Below, piece by piece: positions 39,291-52,560 of a DNA stretch of 64,000 nucleotides (its first letter is position 1; each line of letters opens with the position of its first letter). Source of the stretch: Octopus sinensis (Eukaryota). A model generated the notes under the pieces. It searched no databases. It was not told where the DNA came from and saw only the letters and a list, made by a program, of their open reading frames with translations. Both the position numbers and the translations under genes were made by a program. The stretch covers positions 78,740,001 to 78,804,000 of the forward strand of contig NC_042999.1 of assembly GCF_006345805.1 (NCBI RefSeq). Reading direction: 5' to 3'.

Positions 39291-39949
39291 GACTTCTCAC
39301 GTATTCACTCACTCTCTGTCCTCACCTCTCGATCGATCCTAGTACTTATATCGACAGCAATGTTTAAACTGCAACATTTTCTGTATCTTTCGTACCCTTA
39401 GATACATGAAAAGTTCGAAACTTTAGATTTTCATTCCTCAAGGTAATTCATTTTACCGAAATCTTCTACAGGGTCTATTATTATAAGGAAATGCGCTTTG
39501 TCGTAGAAATATCTTCTTCGGACTTGAAGTAACGATTCAAAGACTCATTTAATTTTTGCCATAATGAAGATAAATACATCGACATTTATGATATGTTGTT
39601 AACTAGAAAAGAAACAACTTCACTGTTGTAATACTTATAAATTTTTATACTTTAAGGTTCACATGAAGTGCCGTTTGCGTCAGGTATACAAGGGAATTCA
39701 TCATAGAGAAAAATGTAACAGGGAAGCATGTTTAATCCAGGAGAATAAATAAAACAAACAAAAAACAGAAGGCGATGATATGATAACAGTCAAAGGTAAC
39801 TGTTACATCTTTGAAGAATATAAATTCACCTTGGATATTCTATAAAGGCTGCCTATATTTTCAATTGATTTATACATATATATATATATATGTATGTGTG
39901 TGTGTATATATCTATATATATGTATATATAATAATAATAATAATAATAA

Positions 39950-39992
<43 letters not shown>

Positions 39993-40015
39993 GGGAATAT
40001 GATTCCATATATATA

Positions 40016-40047
<32 letters not shown>

Positions 40048-40160
40048 CAAACATTTCGCTATTTCTATAAACACTTTATATTATTCATTCGTTATCCTAT
40101 ACACACCTGTATCACAACTAAAACATATCACAACTAAACCGCTTCTTACAATGTAGCAAG

Positions 40161-40207
<47 letters not shown>

Positions 40208-40237
40208 ATATAATATATATATATATGTGTATATATA

Positions 40238-40279
<42 letters not shown>

Positions 40280-40819
40280 TATATTCTTAGCTGTACGTTT
40301 CATATAGTCATGTATTATGCATCAATTTTTATCATTTTCCAGAATAGAAAACAACTTTGTTCGTTTGTTCGGAAGATAAGGCTATATGTTCATGATTAAA
40401 GTTAGAAGTTCCAAGGAAACATCCAGCATAATCCATACCTATACACACATACACACGCCCAAATACAAACACGCACACACACACGCACATATAAAATGCA
40501 TCCACCAAGTAAAAAATTAAGTATCAATGAAAACACGATATATGAAAGACAACGATACCAGCGAAAATTAGAACACGCACACACACACTCACACACACAC
40601 GTATACACATGCATACGCATACACATGCACATGCACACATACACGCGCGCACACACACACGCGCACACACACGCGCACAGATACATGTATGTATAAATAT
40701 ATATATACTCATGCATTCCTATATAATTAAAACATAGCCAGAAGATAAACAACCAAAACATATTTATATATAATTTCGATGATTTAATAATGAAAAATAA
40801 TGATAGCTATAATGAAGGC

Positions 40820-41000
40820 AATAATAATCCTATCTACTATAGGCATATGTCTTTATTATTAAGGGAAGTGGAAGTCGATTACATCAAACCCAGTACTGAA
40901 CTGGGTGTCATTTTGTCAATCACGAAAGAGCGAAAGGCAAAGTCGACCTCGGTAGAATTTGAACTCGGAATATAAAGACGGACGAAATGCTCGCCACCTA
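40820..41000 (-). mobile_element. SINE family A copy
   Basis: GGCAAAGTCGACCTCGGTAGAATTTGAACTC core. Confidence 0.8.
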
Positions 41001-41813
41001 AATAACAACAACAGTGATGACGGTGATGATGGTGCAGAAGAAAGTAGAGCAGCATTATAGGGTAATTCAGGGCTCTCTCTACACAGTCCTTGATTACCTT
41101 AATACACCTAAGGCAAATGTCTTCTCCCAGTCCTTTCCTATATTCTACAGCCACAAGTGTTAACGTTCCCATTTAACCCTCAGTAATATTTCACACTCAC
41201 ACACCTTTCATAAAATTTTCTGGAAGGCCGCCTCCCCTGTGTAACCGCAACTTTATTCTCGAGCATTACTTGAAGAAGTTGATAGAAGGCATGACTTAAA
41301 AGGAAAAACTCAGTCAACAAACCTTTCAACCATATCTACCATATAACTTCATTCACTGCAAGTACGTACAGACAACAAGTAACCACTCATATTAACCAAA
41401 ATAACGATTGCATGATCATCACCATAGGCTTGGCTGATAAGCGGGTCCATCCCACATGGGAAAGGAACTGCTTGCCAAACCCACAAATCAGCCATGCATG
41501 AATTATAGAGTAAATGAGTAACATTCGATTCAGTGACCCTCTATTCCTTCCTGCCTTGCTCAGCTGCCGACAGCTTCAACACGCCATGTTTATATCTGAC
41601 AGTCATCACTGCAGCGACGATGTTTACCATGCTCCGATATATACTGTGTTTTTAACACGGTATATTTGTGAAGATATTTTCCCTCAGATATAAATCACAG
41701 CACTGTGCTTTACAGATGTGTTTATGTAAATTTAGTGCGTTACACGGAATGCGACAAGTATGTGTGCATATACCTATATGCGTAAGTATATATAAATATT
41801 AATATATATAACT

Positions 41814-42150
41814 GTGGACAGCAACATAAGCTGGGCTACACATATAAGCATCAAAGTTGACATGGCCCGCAGAATGTGTTCCTGGATTCTCAGAACCTTC
41901 CAGTCGAGTGATTCCCACATCATTATCCTTCTCTTCTCCACTTTTGCCTGACCCCACCTTGAATACTGCTGTCCACTGTGGTCTCCCTACACGAAACAGA
42001 ATATTATGAAAATTGAAGCTCCCCAAAGGTCAATCACGAAAGATAGATGGCATGTCAGACCTCGACTACTGGAGTAGACTGGAAAAGCTGAAACTGTATT
42101 CACTCCAACGACGCCGTGAACGCTACATTATTCGTATGATGCGGAAAATA
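41814..42150 (+). mobile_element. CR1-clade LINE, RT C-terminal fragment
   Basis: VDSNISWATHI..ARRMCSWILRTF...PHLEYCCPLWSPY..NIMKIEAPQRSITK..GMSDLDYWSRLEKLKLYSLQRRRERYI. Confidence 0.9.
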
Positions 42151-42669
42151 TGTGTGTTTGTTCTCTATAACTTAGTGCAGTAAAATTATCTCTGATTATC
42201 TCATGTGTTCTCGTTCAGCATCCAGAACATTGAATGCAGGGTACCGAGCAACCATATTAGTGAAACGTACGTTGAAACTAATCATATATACTTGTGTTTA
42301 TCGTAAAGTCTTCTACATTTGTTCTGTACATCATAACCATCATTACTACTAAGATTAGTTGTTGCTTAACCACCACACTAGAAGCATACTGGACTATGAC
42401 AATCTAAGTGGTAGCAGTCGTACATCTATTTGTACACATACGATGCACTATCCATCCGTCCGTCCATCCATCCATCCATCCATCCATCCATCCATCCATC
42501 CATCCATCCGTCGTCCGTCCGTCCGTCCGTCCGTCCGTCCGTCCGTCTGTCTGTCTGTCTATTTATCTATCTATTTATCTGTCCGTTTGTCTGTCTGTTT
42601 GTCTGTCTGTCTATTTATCTATCTATTTATCTGTCCGTTTGTCTGTCTGTTTGTCCTTCTGCCTGTCTG

Positions 42670-42789
<120 letters not shown>

Positions 42790-43499
42790 AAGTGTGTGTC
42801 TGTATGTGTATGTTTGTGTGTGTACCAGTGTATTTACAGCTCCTATACAGTTGACTCACTCTCTACGTCCACACACGCGTAATACTACGAAACCTATGGT
42901 ATGTGTAGTGATCTTGCTTATATACATAAGATTTTTACTGATTACTATAATTACTGGAATTGTTCTTATTATCATTCTCCACGTATCAGATATCTCATTT
43001 ATTCCCATGACTACCCCACTCTACTACTACTACTACTACTACTACTTCTGCATCTTCACTCCACCGCCAGCGGATTCACCATGCAATCATCATCATCATC
43101 ATCGTCGTCATCGTTGCCGCCGCCGCCGACGACGACGATGACGTCATCAACATTTATGCGGAAAAAGATGTCGGTTTCAATCAAAGAGCAAATAAATTAA
43201 TAAAGGATGAAAAAGAAAGAAAAGCAAAAGAAAGAAAAGAAACAGAAAGTATGACATGAAAATAGAATATCATAAAACTAAAATATCACAAAATAGATTG
43301 AAAAAAAACCCCATGAAGATGTAACAAATATGGAAGAGGGATGTGTAGGTGGGCTACAGGCAAGTATTAGCCATATAATATCTAATAATAATTTAGACTG
43401 GAAGCTATAAAAATCTGCTGATTCGTCCCTTGATGGTAGTTGTTAACGAGTTGTGTTTGTTGTTTCTTTTTTCTGTTGGTTTGTATGTGTTAGTGTGAA

Positions 43500-43700
43500 T
43501 GCAGCATGGCTGAATGGCTAAGATGTTTGTTTAGCACTCATAAGGTCCGGGGTTCGATAAAATACAAATAGGGAGAGCACCAGCGACGACATCTTGGTCG
43601 GGTGTCTTTTGCCATTGAGCGGGAGTCAACCCAGGCTTTGTTAGCGTAATTACTAAGACGGAAACTGTGAGGAAGTTCGTTGGATGTGTTGTACTTGTAA
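43500..43700 (+). mobile_element. Decayed tRNA-derived SINE (family B-like 5' half)
   Basis: TGGCTGAATGGCTAAG, GGTTCGA and GACGGAAACTG motifs. Confidence 0.55.
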
Positions 43701-44151
43701 TTTATATGATACACCCTTGAGAAGGATATAGCGTTCAATTAAGGATTGACATGCATGTGGAATAGCCAGCCATTTAGATGCTAGTTCAATAAGCATGAGA
43801 GTCAGTTGATTATACATCCGAGTTCCTCATCTTCGAAACTGGCGCAGATCCATTTTCCTTAATATGTATGCGTTGACTTCTCCGCGTCAATATGTCAATA
43901 TGTGTGTGTTGTATAAATATAATAGTACATGTATCTTGTTAATCACTCAGTATATGTATGTTGCATACTTTATGTCTGTATGTGTGTGTCTGTATGTGCG
44001 TGTACGTCAGGCTTGCGATGAATCACCAGTGTTTAGAGAGTAGTTAACAAAATGTTTAGATGTGTTTGATTGCATCACTTTACACTGTGAGTTCAAATCT
44101 TGACGAAGTTAACATTCTCTCTGCGGAAAGACGGACAAGTGTTTAACGATA

Positions 44152-44960
44152 TAAAGGTGGCAAGCTGGCAGAAACGTTAGCGTGTCGGGCGATATGCTTA
44201 CCGGTATTTCGTCTGCCGTTACGTTTCAGGCCTTGTGCCTATAGTAGAAAAGATTATTAGCCGCTAATTTCTGAGTTCAAATTCCGCCGAGGTCGACTTT
44301 GCCTTTCATCCTTTCGGGCGCGATAAATTAAGTACCAGTTACCCACTGGGGTCGATGTGATCGACTGTCATCTTCCTCCGATATTGCTAGCCTTGTTGCC
44401 AATATTTGAAACCGTTGTTATTGTGAAGGCGCATGGCCTAATGGTTAGGGTGTCACACTCACGATTGCTAGATCAAGGGATCGATTCCTGAACCGGGCGG
44501 TGCGTTGTGTTCGTAAGCAAAACAATTCATTTCACGTCGCTCTGTGATCATTTCGACATGTGACGTGTGGCACACATGTGTACCTATAGAGGAAATGTAG
44601 GTTTGATTGAAAGAGTGATCTAACGCGTAGCACAAATCTTTGATCCCTATAAACAAATCATTAGTGCAGGTCGTTCAACAACAACTGAACATTCATACTT
44701 CTTCGATGAGAGATTCCATCACCAATGTCATTATGAGGCGACGAGCTGGCAGAATCGTTAGCACGCTGGGTCTAATTCTTAGCGGCATTTCGTCCGTCTT
44801 TACGTTCTGAGTTCAAAATTTTCCGAGGTCGACTTTACCTTTTATTCTTTCAGGGTCGATAAAATAAGTACCAGTTGAGTACTGGGGTCAATGTAACCGA
44901 CTGTTCCCCAACCCACGACCTCCTAAATTCAAGCCTCGTTCCTATAGTTGAGAAAATTAT
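44152..44960 (+). mobile_element. SINE cluster: family A (44152-44420, interrupted), C-head SINE (44424-44720), family A (44738-44960)
   Basis: Head and core motifs as in the other copies. Confidence 0.85.
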
Positions 44961-45299
44961 CATTTTCATTCTTCTTGTTCTGTGAACATGTACTTCGCTT
45001 CATTTCGTAAAACCTGAGATGCTTTTGTTGGAAATACATTTTGTTCAATTATTTTGATAATTTCGTTAAATAATAAACCCTACTTCCCTGTATGAAAAGG
45101 AGGAAAGAAAGTAAAAGGACCCTAAAAAGCAACTATTTTATAAAAAATCTTATGGCAAAATCAAAAATGCAACCACTAACCTGTATGAAATGGGAGGAGA
45201 AATGATTCCGCTGACTAAGGCACTGAATGGTAGCGACTTTTTTTTTTACCTCAATTCAAGCATAACCAGTTTTACCACAATCGATAGCAGAGGGGAAAA

Positions 45300-47320
45300 T
45301 GAAGGGTCACATGTGCTGCCTCTTCTTTTTTGACCAAAAGGTGCAAGAAACGATAAACAAACATAGAGATCACAATAAAATAGCAAGAAAAATTGATTTA
45401 GTGATTGACAGAAATAAATATGGTGGTGGTGGCAGTAATAGGGACAATGATAGTGTTGGTTTTGGTGAAATTCATGATGGAGTGATGGTGGTGATAAAGA
45501 TGATGGTAATGGTGGTAATGGTGGTGGTGGTGAATTTGTGATGATGATAATGATGATGAAGATTGTGTCAATGATGATGTCTGTAACAAGGAAGCTGGTG
45601 AAAAATAATCCTTTCTACCACAGATACAAGGCCTGAAACTTCGGAGAAGGAGATTAGTCGATTATATCAACTTCAGTGTTCAACTAATACTTATTTTATC
45701 GACCCCCAAAAGGATGAAATGTAAAGTCTACCTTGGCTGAATTTAAGCTCAGAACATAAAGAGATATCTCTAAGCATTTTATTCGGCGTGCTAATGAATC
45801 TGTCAGCTCGTCACCTTTATGATGATAGGGATAATAATGTTGATAAGATGGAAATAATTATAAAGAGGATGGCGGTTAAGATCTTGGTTGAGTCAATGAT
45901 GATGATGATGATAATGATGATGATAACTAAGACCAAAATGACGATGACGACGACAGGGATGACGGTGGTGATGAAGTGATGGTGGTGGTGGTGGTGATAG
46001 AAGTAATGGTGATGATGATGACGATAATGATGATGACTATGATGATGATGATGATGGTGATGATGACGACGACGACGATGATGATAGGAAAGGTTAACTA
46101 AATTAAGCACGTGACACACTACTGTCTCAGCATTTGGTTCATACTTTTACCAACCAACATGATAAACATTGGCGGGACTTCGAAATAAACCAGCAATAGG
46201 ACATAACAAACTGCTAAGGCATTTTGTATGATGCTCTACCAATTCTGAAATCCACTCGTGAGCAAAGACGTCCTTGTAACACGTTCCATCCTTTCATCAT
46301 CATCATCATCAGCAGCAGCAGCAGCAGCAGGAGGAGCAGGAGCAGCATCAGAGAAAGGATGATGATGATGATGACGATGATGGTGGTGATGAATATAATA
46401 ATGGTGGTGGTGACGGGGACGATGATGGAAGTGATGCTGGCGATGATAATGATGACTAAGAGGAGGATGGTGAGAAATATGATTATGGTTGTAGGGGTGG
46501 CGGTGAGGATAATAATGTCGATCATAGTGATGATGATGATGATGATGATGATGGTGATAATAAACGATGATGACGATGATGAACAACGTTGACGAAGATG
46601 AAGAAGAGGATAATGAATGAATGTTGGCGATGATATATAGCGATAGCAATGATGACGAAAATGATAATGTATGACAATAATGGTGTGGGAAAAATTGATA
46701 CTTCACGATGACGACGACGATGATGGCTGTGGTGGTGATGGTTATGGTGGTGGTGGTGGTGGATGGGTGAGTAGTGGTGATGATGATGTTGGTGTTGGAT
46801 GTGTGTGTGGAGGAAGTGGGATGATTTTGCCCGTGCCAGCGACGGTAATAATAGCAATATGATAATGATGATCATGGTGATGATGATGGTGATTAGAATG
46901 ATGATGGTAATGATGATAATGATGACGATGATGATGGTGATGAAAGTGGTGTTGATGATGTTGTTGATGATGATGATGATGTTGATGGTGATGATGATGA
47001 TGATGATGACGACGACGACGATGGTGTCGATGATAATGTCGACGATGATGTTGATGAAAGTGGTGTTGATTATTATGATTATGATGATGATGATGATTGT
47101 GATGATGATTGTGATGATGATGACGATGATGATGACGATGCCGGTATTGGTATGGCTATGACGCTGATGACCACGACGATGATGGTGATGATGATGATAA
47201 TGATGATGATGATGATGATGATGATTGATGATGATGATGATGATGATGATGGTGATGACGACGACGACGACGACGATGACGACGATGGTGTCGATAAAGA
47301 TGACGTTATCAATTATTAAT
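45300..47320. repeat. Cryptic trinucleotide field (GAT/GGT/GAC/CAT/CAG) containing a minus-strand SINE A copy at about 45615-45815
   Basis: Directly visible; the SINE core TTTTATCGACCCCCAAAAGGATGAAATG is present. Confidence 0.9.
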
Positions 47321-47651
47321 AGCTAAAAATCTAAACCGAGTGAAACAATAAAGTACAAAAAAAAATAAAATAAAATAAAATAAAATAAGACAGAAAACCA
47401 GCGACGACAAGTTTAATGGCTGGCATTTTGTACACGTCTTCGTGTTGTTGGCAGAGAATTAGATCCAATGTCGCCACTAAATTAACGGAATGATTAAAAG
47501 ACAGTTTCAACTTCTCTCCCTATCACCCTACCAAACGCGTACACATAACGCGGGCGCACAGAGACAAACTCGCGCGCGTACACATAATATATGCATATAT
47601 GTGTGCGTGTATGTTTATATACATACAGACACACATATATATATATATACA

Positions 47652-47694
<43 letters not shown>

Positions 47695-47849
47695 TATTTA
47701 CACATGTATGTACTTATGAACATATGTATATTCACAAAGATATTCATATGCACCATGATTTTTAATGATTTTATTGTAATACCTTAATAATACACACAAA
47801 ACTTCATGGGAATACGTACATACATATGTGTATATACATACATACACAC

Positions 47850-47901
<52 letters not shown>

Positions 47902-48051
47902 ATTATTTATATATGTGTATATATATATATTATTTATATATATATATGTATACACATGTATATGTATATATATATATAATAAATATGTATATGTATACAC
48001 ACATTCATATACCATTAGATAAACACATATACATACAGAAACGCAAAGACA

Positions 48052-48103
<52 letters not shown>

Positions 48104-48617
48104 TATATATACATGTGTATATACACATACATATAAACATTCAAAAGGTAGACACATCTAGCACTTGTTTTATATTTTTCATTATATTCAGTTATTTATT
48201 TTTTTATTTATTCGTAACCATTCATTTATGTTTTGAAATCGTAAAAGACAATTTTATGGAATCATATTCCCGAATATTTATCTGACAACTCGTAAAAGAA
48301 TGATGAGTGAGGAAGAGTTGCAGTGAGTCTAGTTGTGGTGAACGGTTCGCGAGAAATGTAGTCGTAGTAGTATTAGTATTAGTAGTAGTATTAAGAGCAG
48401 ACGTATTTGATGTAGTAGTAGTTGTAGTAGTAACAGTAGTAAATGAAAGAAGGAAGGAAAACACAAGAGAATACAGAGTACTTAAAACAAAAAGTGAGAC
48501 ATATTAAATAGTTACAAAAATTATAAAAAATATATGAAGAGAAGAATGTATAATACATACATACATAATGATGATGGTGATGATGATGACGGTGATGATG
48601 ATGACGACGACGAAAAT

Positions 48618-48651
<34 letters not shown>

Positions 48652-48654
48652 CAT

Positions 48655-48870
48655 GTGAAGGCGCATGCTTCAGTAAGTGAGATCATAAGTTCGAATTTTG
48701 TCTTCGCGTTGTGTCCTTCAAGAGGATACTTTATTTCACGTTGCTCCAGTCCACTCAAAAGGGCCAGCCTTGCCATACATTGTGTCACGCTGCATCTCTT
48801 TGAGAAACACATTAAGGGTACTTTCGGATGTTTCGTTGATCGTCTCAACTGGAATCCTCGCCGTCGTAAC
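48655..48870 (+). mobile_element. C-head SINE, partly deleted
   Basis: GTGAAGGCGC head, TTTATTTCACGTTGCTCCAGTCCACTCA, AAGGGCCAGCCTTG; shared with 22116-22445. Confidence 0.75.
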
Positions 48871-49098
48871 CGACGGATTTCCAGTTATGATTTTTATTTC
48901 TCATATTGCGCCTCTCTTATTGCGGCGGTCGTTCAGTTTTTTTAAGCCCTGTGAAAGAACTTGGAAGTGTGGGCCTCCAACCATGGCTTTCACGAGACCT
49001 TTAAGGCGAGGAACGTTTCAGCACCATCTCGTATGTGTTTGCTTGTCCCTCTATCTAAATATAATTATAGATATAATATCTATCTATATATGAATTAT

Positions 49099-49139
49099 CA
49101 TTGTACAGCCCTCCGCTCTACCAACTGAGCTATTGCGAG
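49099..49139 (-). pseudogene. 5' half of a tRNA-Tyr(GTA)-like gene; no 3' half
   Basis: Reverse complement reads ...ATAGCTCAGTTGGTAGAGCGGAGGGCTGTA, versus canonical tRNA-Tyr ATAGCTCAGTTGGTAGAGCGGAGGACTGTA. No T-arm follows. Confidence 0.65.
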
Positions 49140-49375
49140 ACGCTAGCTGGTCACTAACCTGTTTCTAAGCTTTAATTGTAGCCACCAAGACGGTGAGTGA
49201 CGCAGAGATGCAGGAATAAAGATTTTCTTCCAAAAATGCTCCGAGATACTTGTATAAATTGTCATTCTGTAACCAAAGTCTTCATGGGAAGCAGAGAATG
49301 AAGGATGTTAGGATGCTCTACTTTCGTCTGCTGATGACTGCTACTGCGGATCACACACACACACCACACACAAAC

Positions 49376-49410
<35 letters not shown>

Positions 49411-50777
49411 CACACACACACATGCATATAACATATGCAATAAAACTACCATAAACTATATACTTCCCAGGCAAGTCTAATCCTTATCGAACCAGAATAT
49501 CAAAGGGGTTTGGGCATATCCGAACAATGACAATACAAGATACAAATGGCCTACAACGAATATATATATATAAATAATTAAACGAAATAAATGTATATAT
49601 CCCATCACTGGCTACCTGATGGATATCATTGTAGTTTTCATCTAGGCATCTCCCTCTAAGCCAACAAATATTTAAATTACCTTAGCATTACTTGTGGCTG
49701 TTTCCCTAATATAAACGAAATTGTATTTCAAGAATCTTTCTCTATTCACACTGGAGCCGCATGCAAAAACGAAATGCTACACAACGCGCAAGCTATATCT
49801 GATGGTTGGACGACAAAGGCACAGCATATCACACTAGCTAGAAAATTGCAGGAAGAGACGTTAGTATGTGAATGCTAGAAAAAATGCGAACTTTGTGCTC
49901 TCGAAAAAAGTTTGATTCTCAAAACACTTCTGTCATAGGATCATAGCTGAATATTAAATCTGAGACTTTCAACCTCTGTATGTACTAACGGAAATTTTAA
50001 TGACGGAATTGGATACATTTATTATAATTCTCTTAAGAAATCCGGCATATATCAATTACAATAATTCTCTTAAGATATCCACTATATCTCGCTTAATATA
50101 GTAGAAACTGAACCATCAAACAATTTTGTGAGGGAAGAGAAAAACCGTTTACGACAGCAAGAAGCACAAACAATTAAATTCAAGGGATTCAGTTATGGGA
50201 TAGATTCCTCCAGGTTATCCAAAGAATCCTGAGACAGTATGAAGAAAAGGGCAAATTAAATTTTGAAGGAAAGAGCGCTTAATATTATTTTTTTTTGCAG
50301 TTCCAAGAGAATCTTTTTCCAGATTGCAGAGAGAAAGGTTGGCAGACTTGGTTAATCAAGACTTGGAAATCAAGATCGAGGAAAAAGGCCACCATTTGTT
50401 AATATCAACACCAGTTCAAAGTTGCCTTCACTAAAACTGAACGAAGTGGAAGCAACTTTTAGGTTTGATTCACTTTGATATCTGTATCCCAAAATATTTT
50501 CTATATGTATATGACTTCTGCATGTTTGTAACTAACTATATTTGTAATAGCACTGTTTTCTAATGTTGTGCACTCCTCCATTACATAAACTGTTGTTTGC
50601 AAATCAAAATATATTTCGATGCAAACATCAGTTTATATAATCGAGAAAGTGCAAAACATTGAAACATTGTGCTATTATAAATATATTAAGTTACAAGACC
50701 GTTCGAAGTACATAATCAAATACATAAATAGATTAGATAAATATACTGAGAAATGAATATTGAAACCACTCATACGC

Positions 50778-50835
<58 letters not shown>

Positions 50836-51218
50836 TATGCGCCTCTGTGTGTCTTTATGAGTTTGTATGTGGAACTATATTACTTTTATTACACTGAGAT
50901 ACAATTATATTTAAACAAAATGAGGAAGAATTATGCCTCCGCTTTATCTGCTGCTGTTGTTTATGGTAATGCTGGTGCCGATGCTGATTTGGAGCCTTTG
51001 ATGATTGCATTGATGAAGATGATGACTGTAAAAAGAACTCCTGCTTCCGCCAGCGGGGTTCATTATTCTCAATTGTATTATTACTTCCTCTTTTTTTTTT
51101 CACAGCTAGGGCGTAGGGTTTACCTTATTCTTATGAGACACTTACTCAATTCTAATATTTTCATCTTATTCATAATCAACTTAAGTTTGAGGGTGGTATG
51201 TCATAGTGTTTGAAAGTA

Positions 51219-51320
<102 letters not shown>

Positions 51321-51321
51321 G

Positions 51322-51372
<51 letters not shown>

Positions 51373-51789
51373 ATCTTCAGGTCATTTGGAAATTTGAAAC
51401 AAATATAATCTATAATGCTATTTCCATAAATATGTTATATATTAATATAATTTTTTTCTCAGCTGTATCCTTTTGTGATATATCGATATTGAAAGTATTA
51501 AGCTTATTTTTTATAATTTCTTACCTTTTGGGGTACGCTGCATATTTTTTGCATTCTTTTCAACTTATATTTCAATATTTATCGTTATTTCGTTTCTATT
51601 TTCAATTTAGTTTTGAAACGGAATAACCCATATGAAAATATTTTATGTTTTAGAAAAATTAATAATTAGCTTCAGTCTATTTTTTTTTGTCTTAAACTAA
51701 TCAAATCACAAATACTTCAGACATAGATTTCACATATGTCGTTGTTAGATATTCAAATCTTCAGTTCTAGTAACTATAATATTAATCTG

Positions 51790-52560
51790 TTATGGTCAAC
51801 GTATTTAGTGCTTTAAGAGGTGAACGTTGTCATGTTGAAATGGCAGCCGTGTCGCCCCTCGGATTGTTGCCTCGTTAAACCGGTGCATTTGCTGAACATA
51901 AAACTGTATTCAACGTGATTGTATTTAAGTATCTCGTAGTAGATTAGTCCTTCCCAAACCCACAGAATGCATATTACCGTTTTGCATGGATGTAACTCTG
52001 GCTTGGCTCGAGGTGTTGCTTGCTTGTTGGCCCTCAGTTATTCTTTCCACTGCTTCATATTGACGTAAAGACATCATTTTCATATCTGGTTTGATACACT
52101 AAAGAAATCTGTGTGCGTTCACAAGTTGCCGAGTGTCTAGGAACCAATCTGGAGGCGATAGAGGAGCGTTTGATTTGCCACTTTCGTTCAGAGGGTGTAG
52201 CTGTCATGCACCAAATTTTTGAACTTTACCCGTCGAATGAAGGAAACGGTCGGTATCATGAGAGCATCTCATCTACTTGGCAATTTCCCTAGAGGATTGG
52301 CGTGGACCATTGTTCTTGTTCAATCGATCCTAACTGAACTGAATAGGTTGGCTGGAATGCTGAAATCCCGTGAGGTCGAATTTCCTCTCTCTGAAGCGTA
52401 GAAACTATTTCTGTACAGTTCTTTAAGTAATACCACCTATTCTATACACAACACAAATATCTCGAGTGGCTCTGGGAAACAGATATCGAAAATAATTTTT
52501 TTTCTACGTGGCATTCCATCGTCACATGACTGAAAAGAGGTAAACTTTGTCCAAATTTCA
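51790..52560 (-). mobile_element. Decayed mariner (DD34D-type) transposase remnant
   Basis: YEK*CLYVNMKQWKE*L.ANKQATPRAKPELHPCKTVICI.WVWEGLIYYE, and FQHDNVH (cf. HDNARPH). Truncated before the third D. Confidence 0.85.

Noticed and set aside
48200-48300. Cluster of posterior-Hox/Cdx-like sites (TCGTAAAA twice, TTTTATGG)
   Set aside because: Short AT-rich motifs are expected by chance at this base composition, and there is no supporting gene context.
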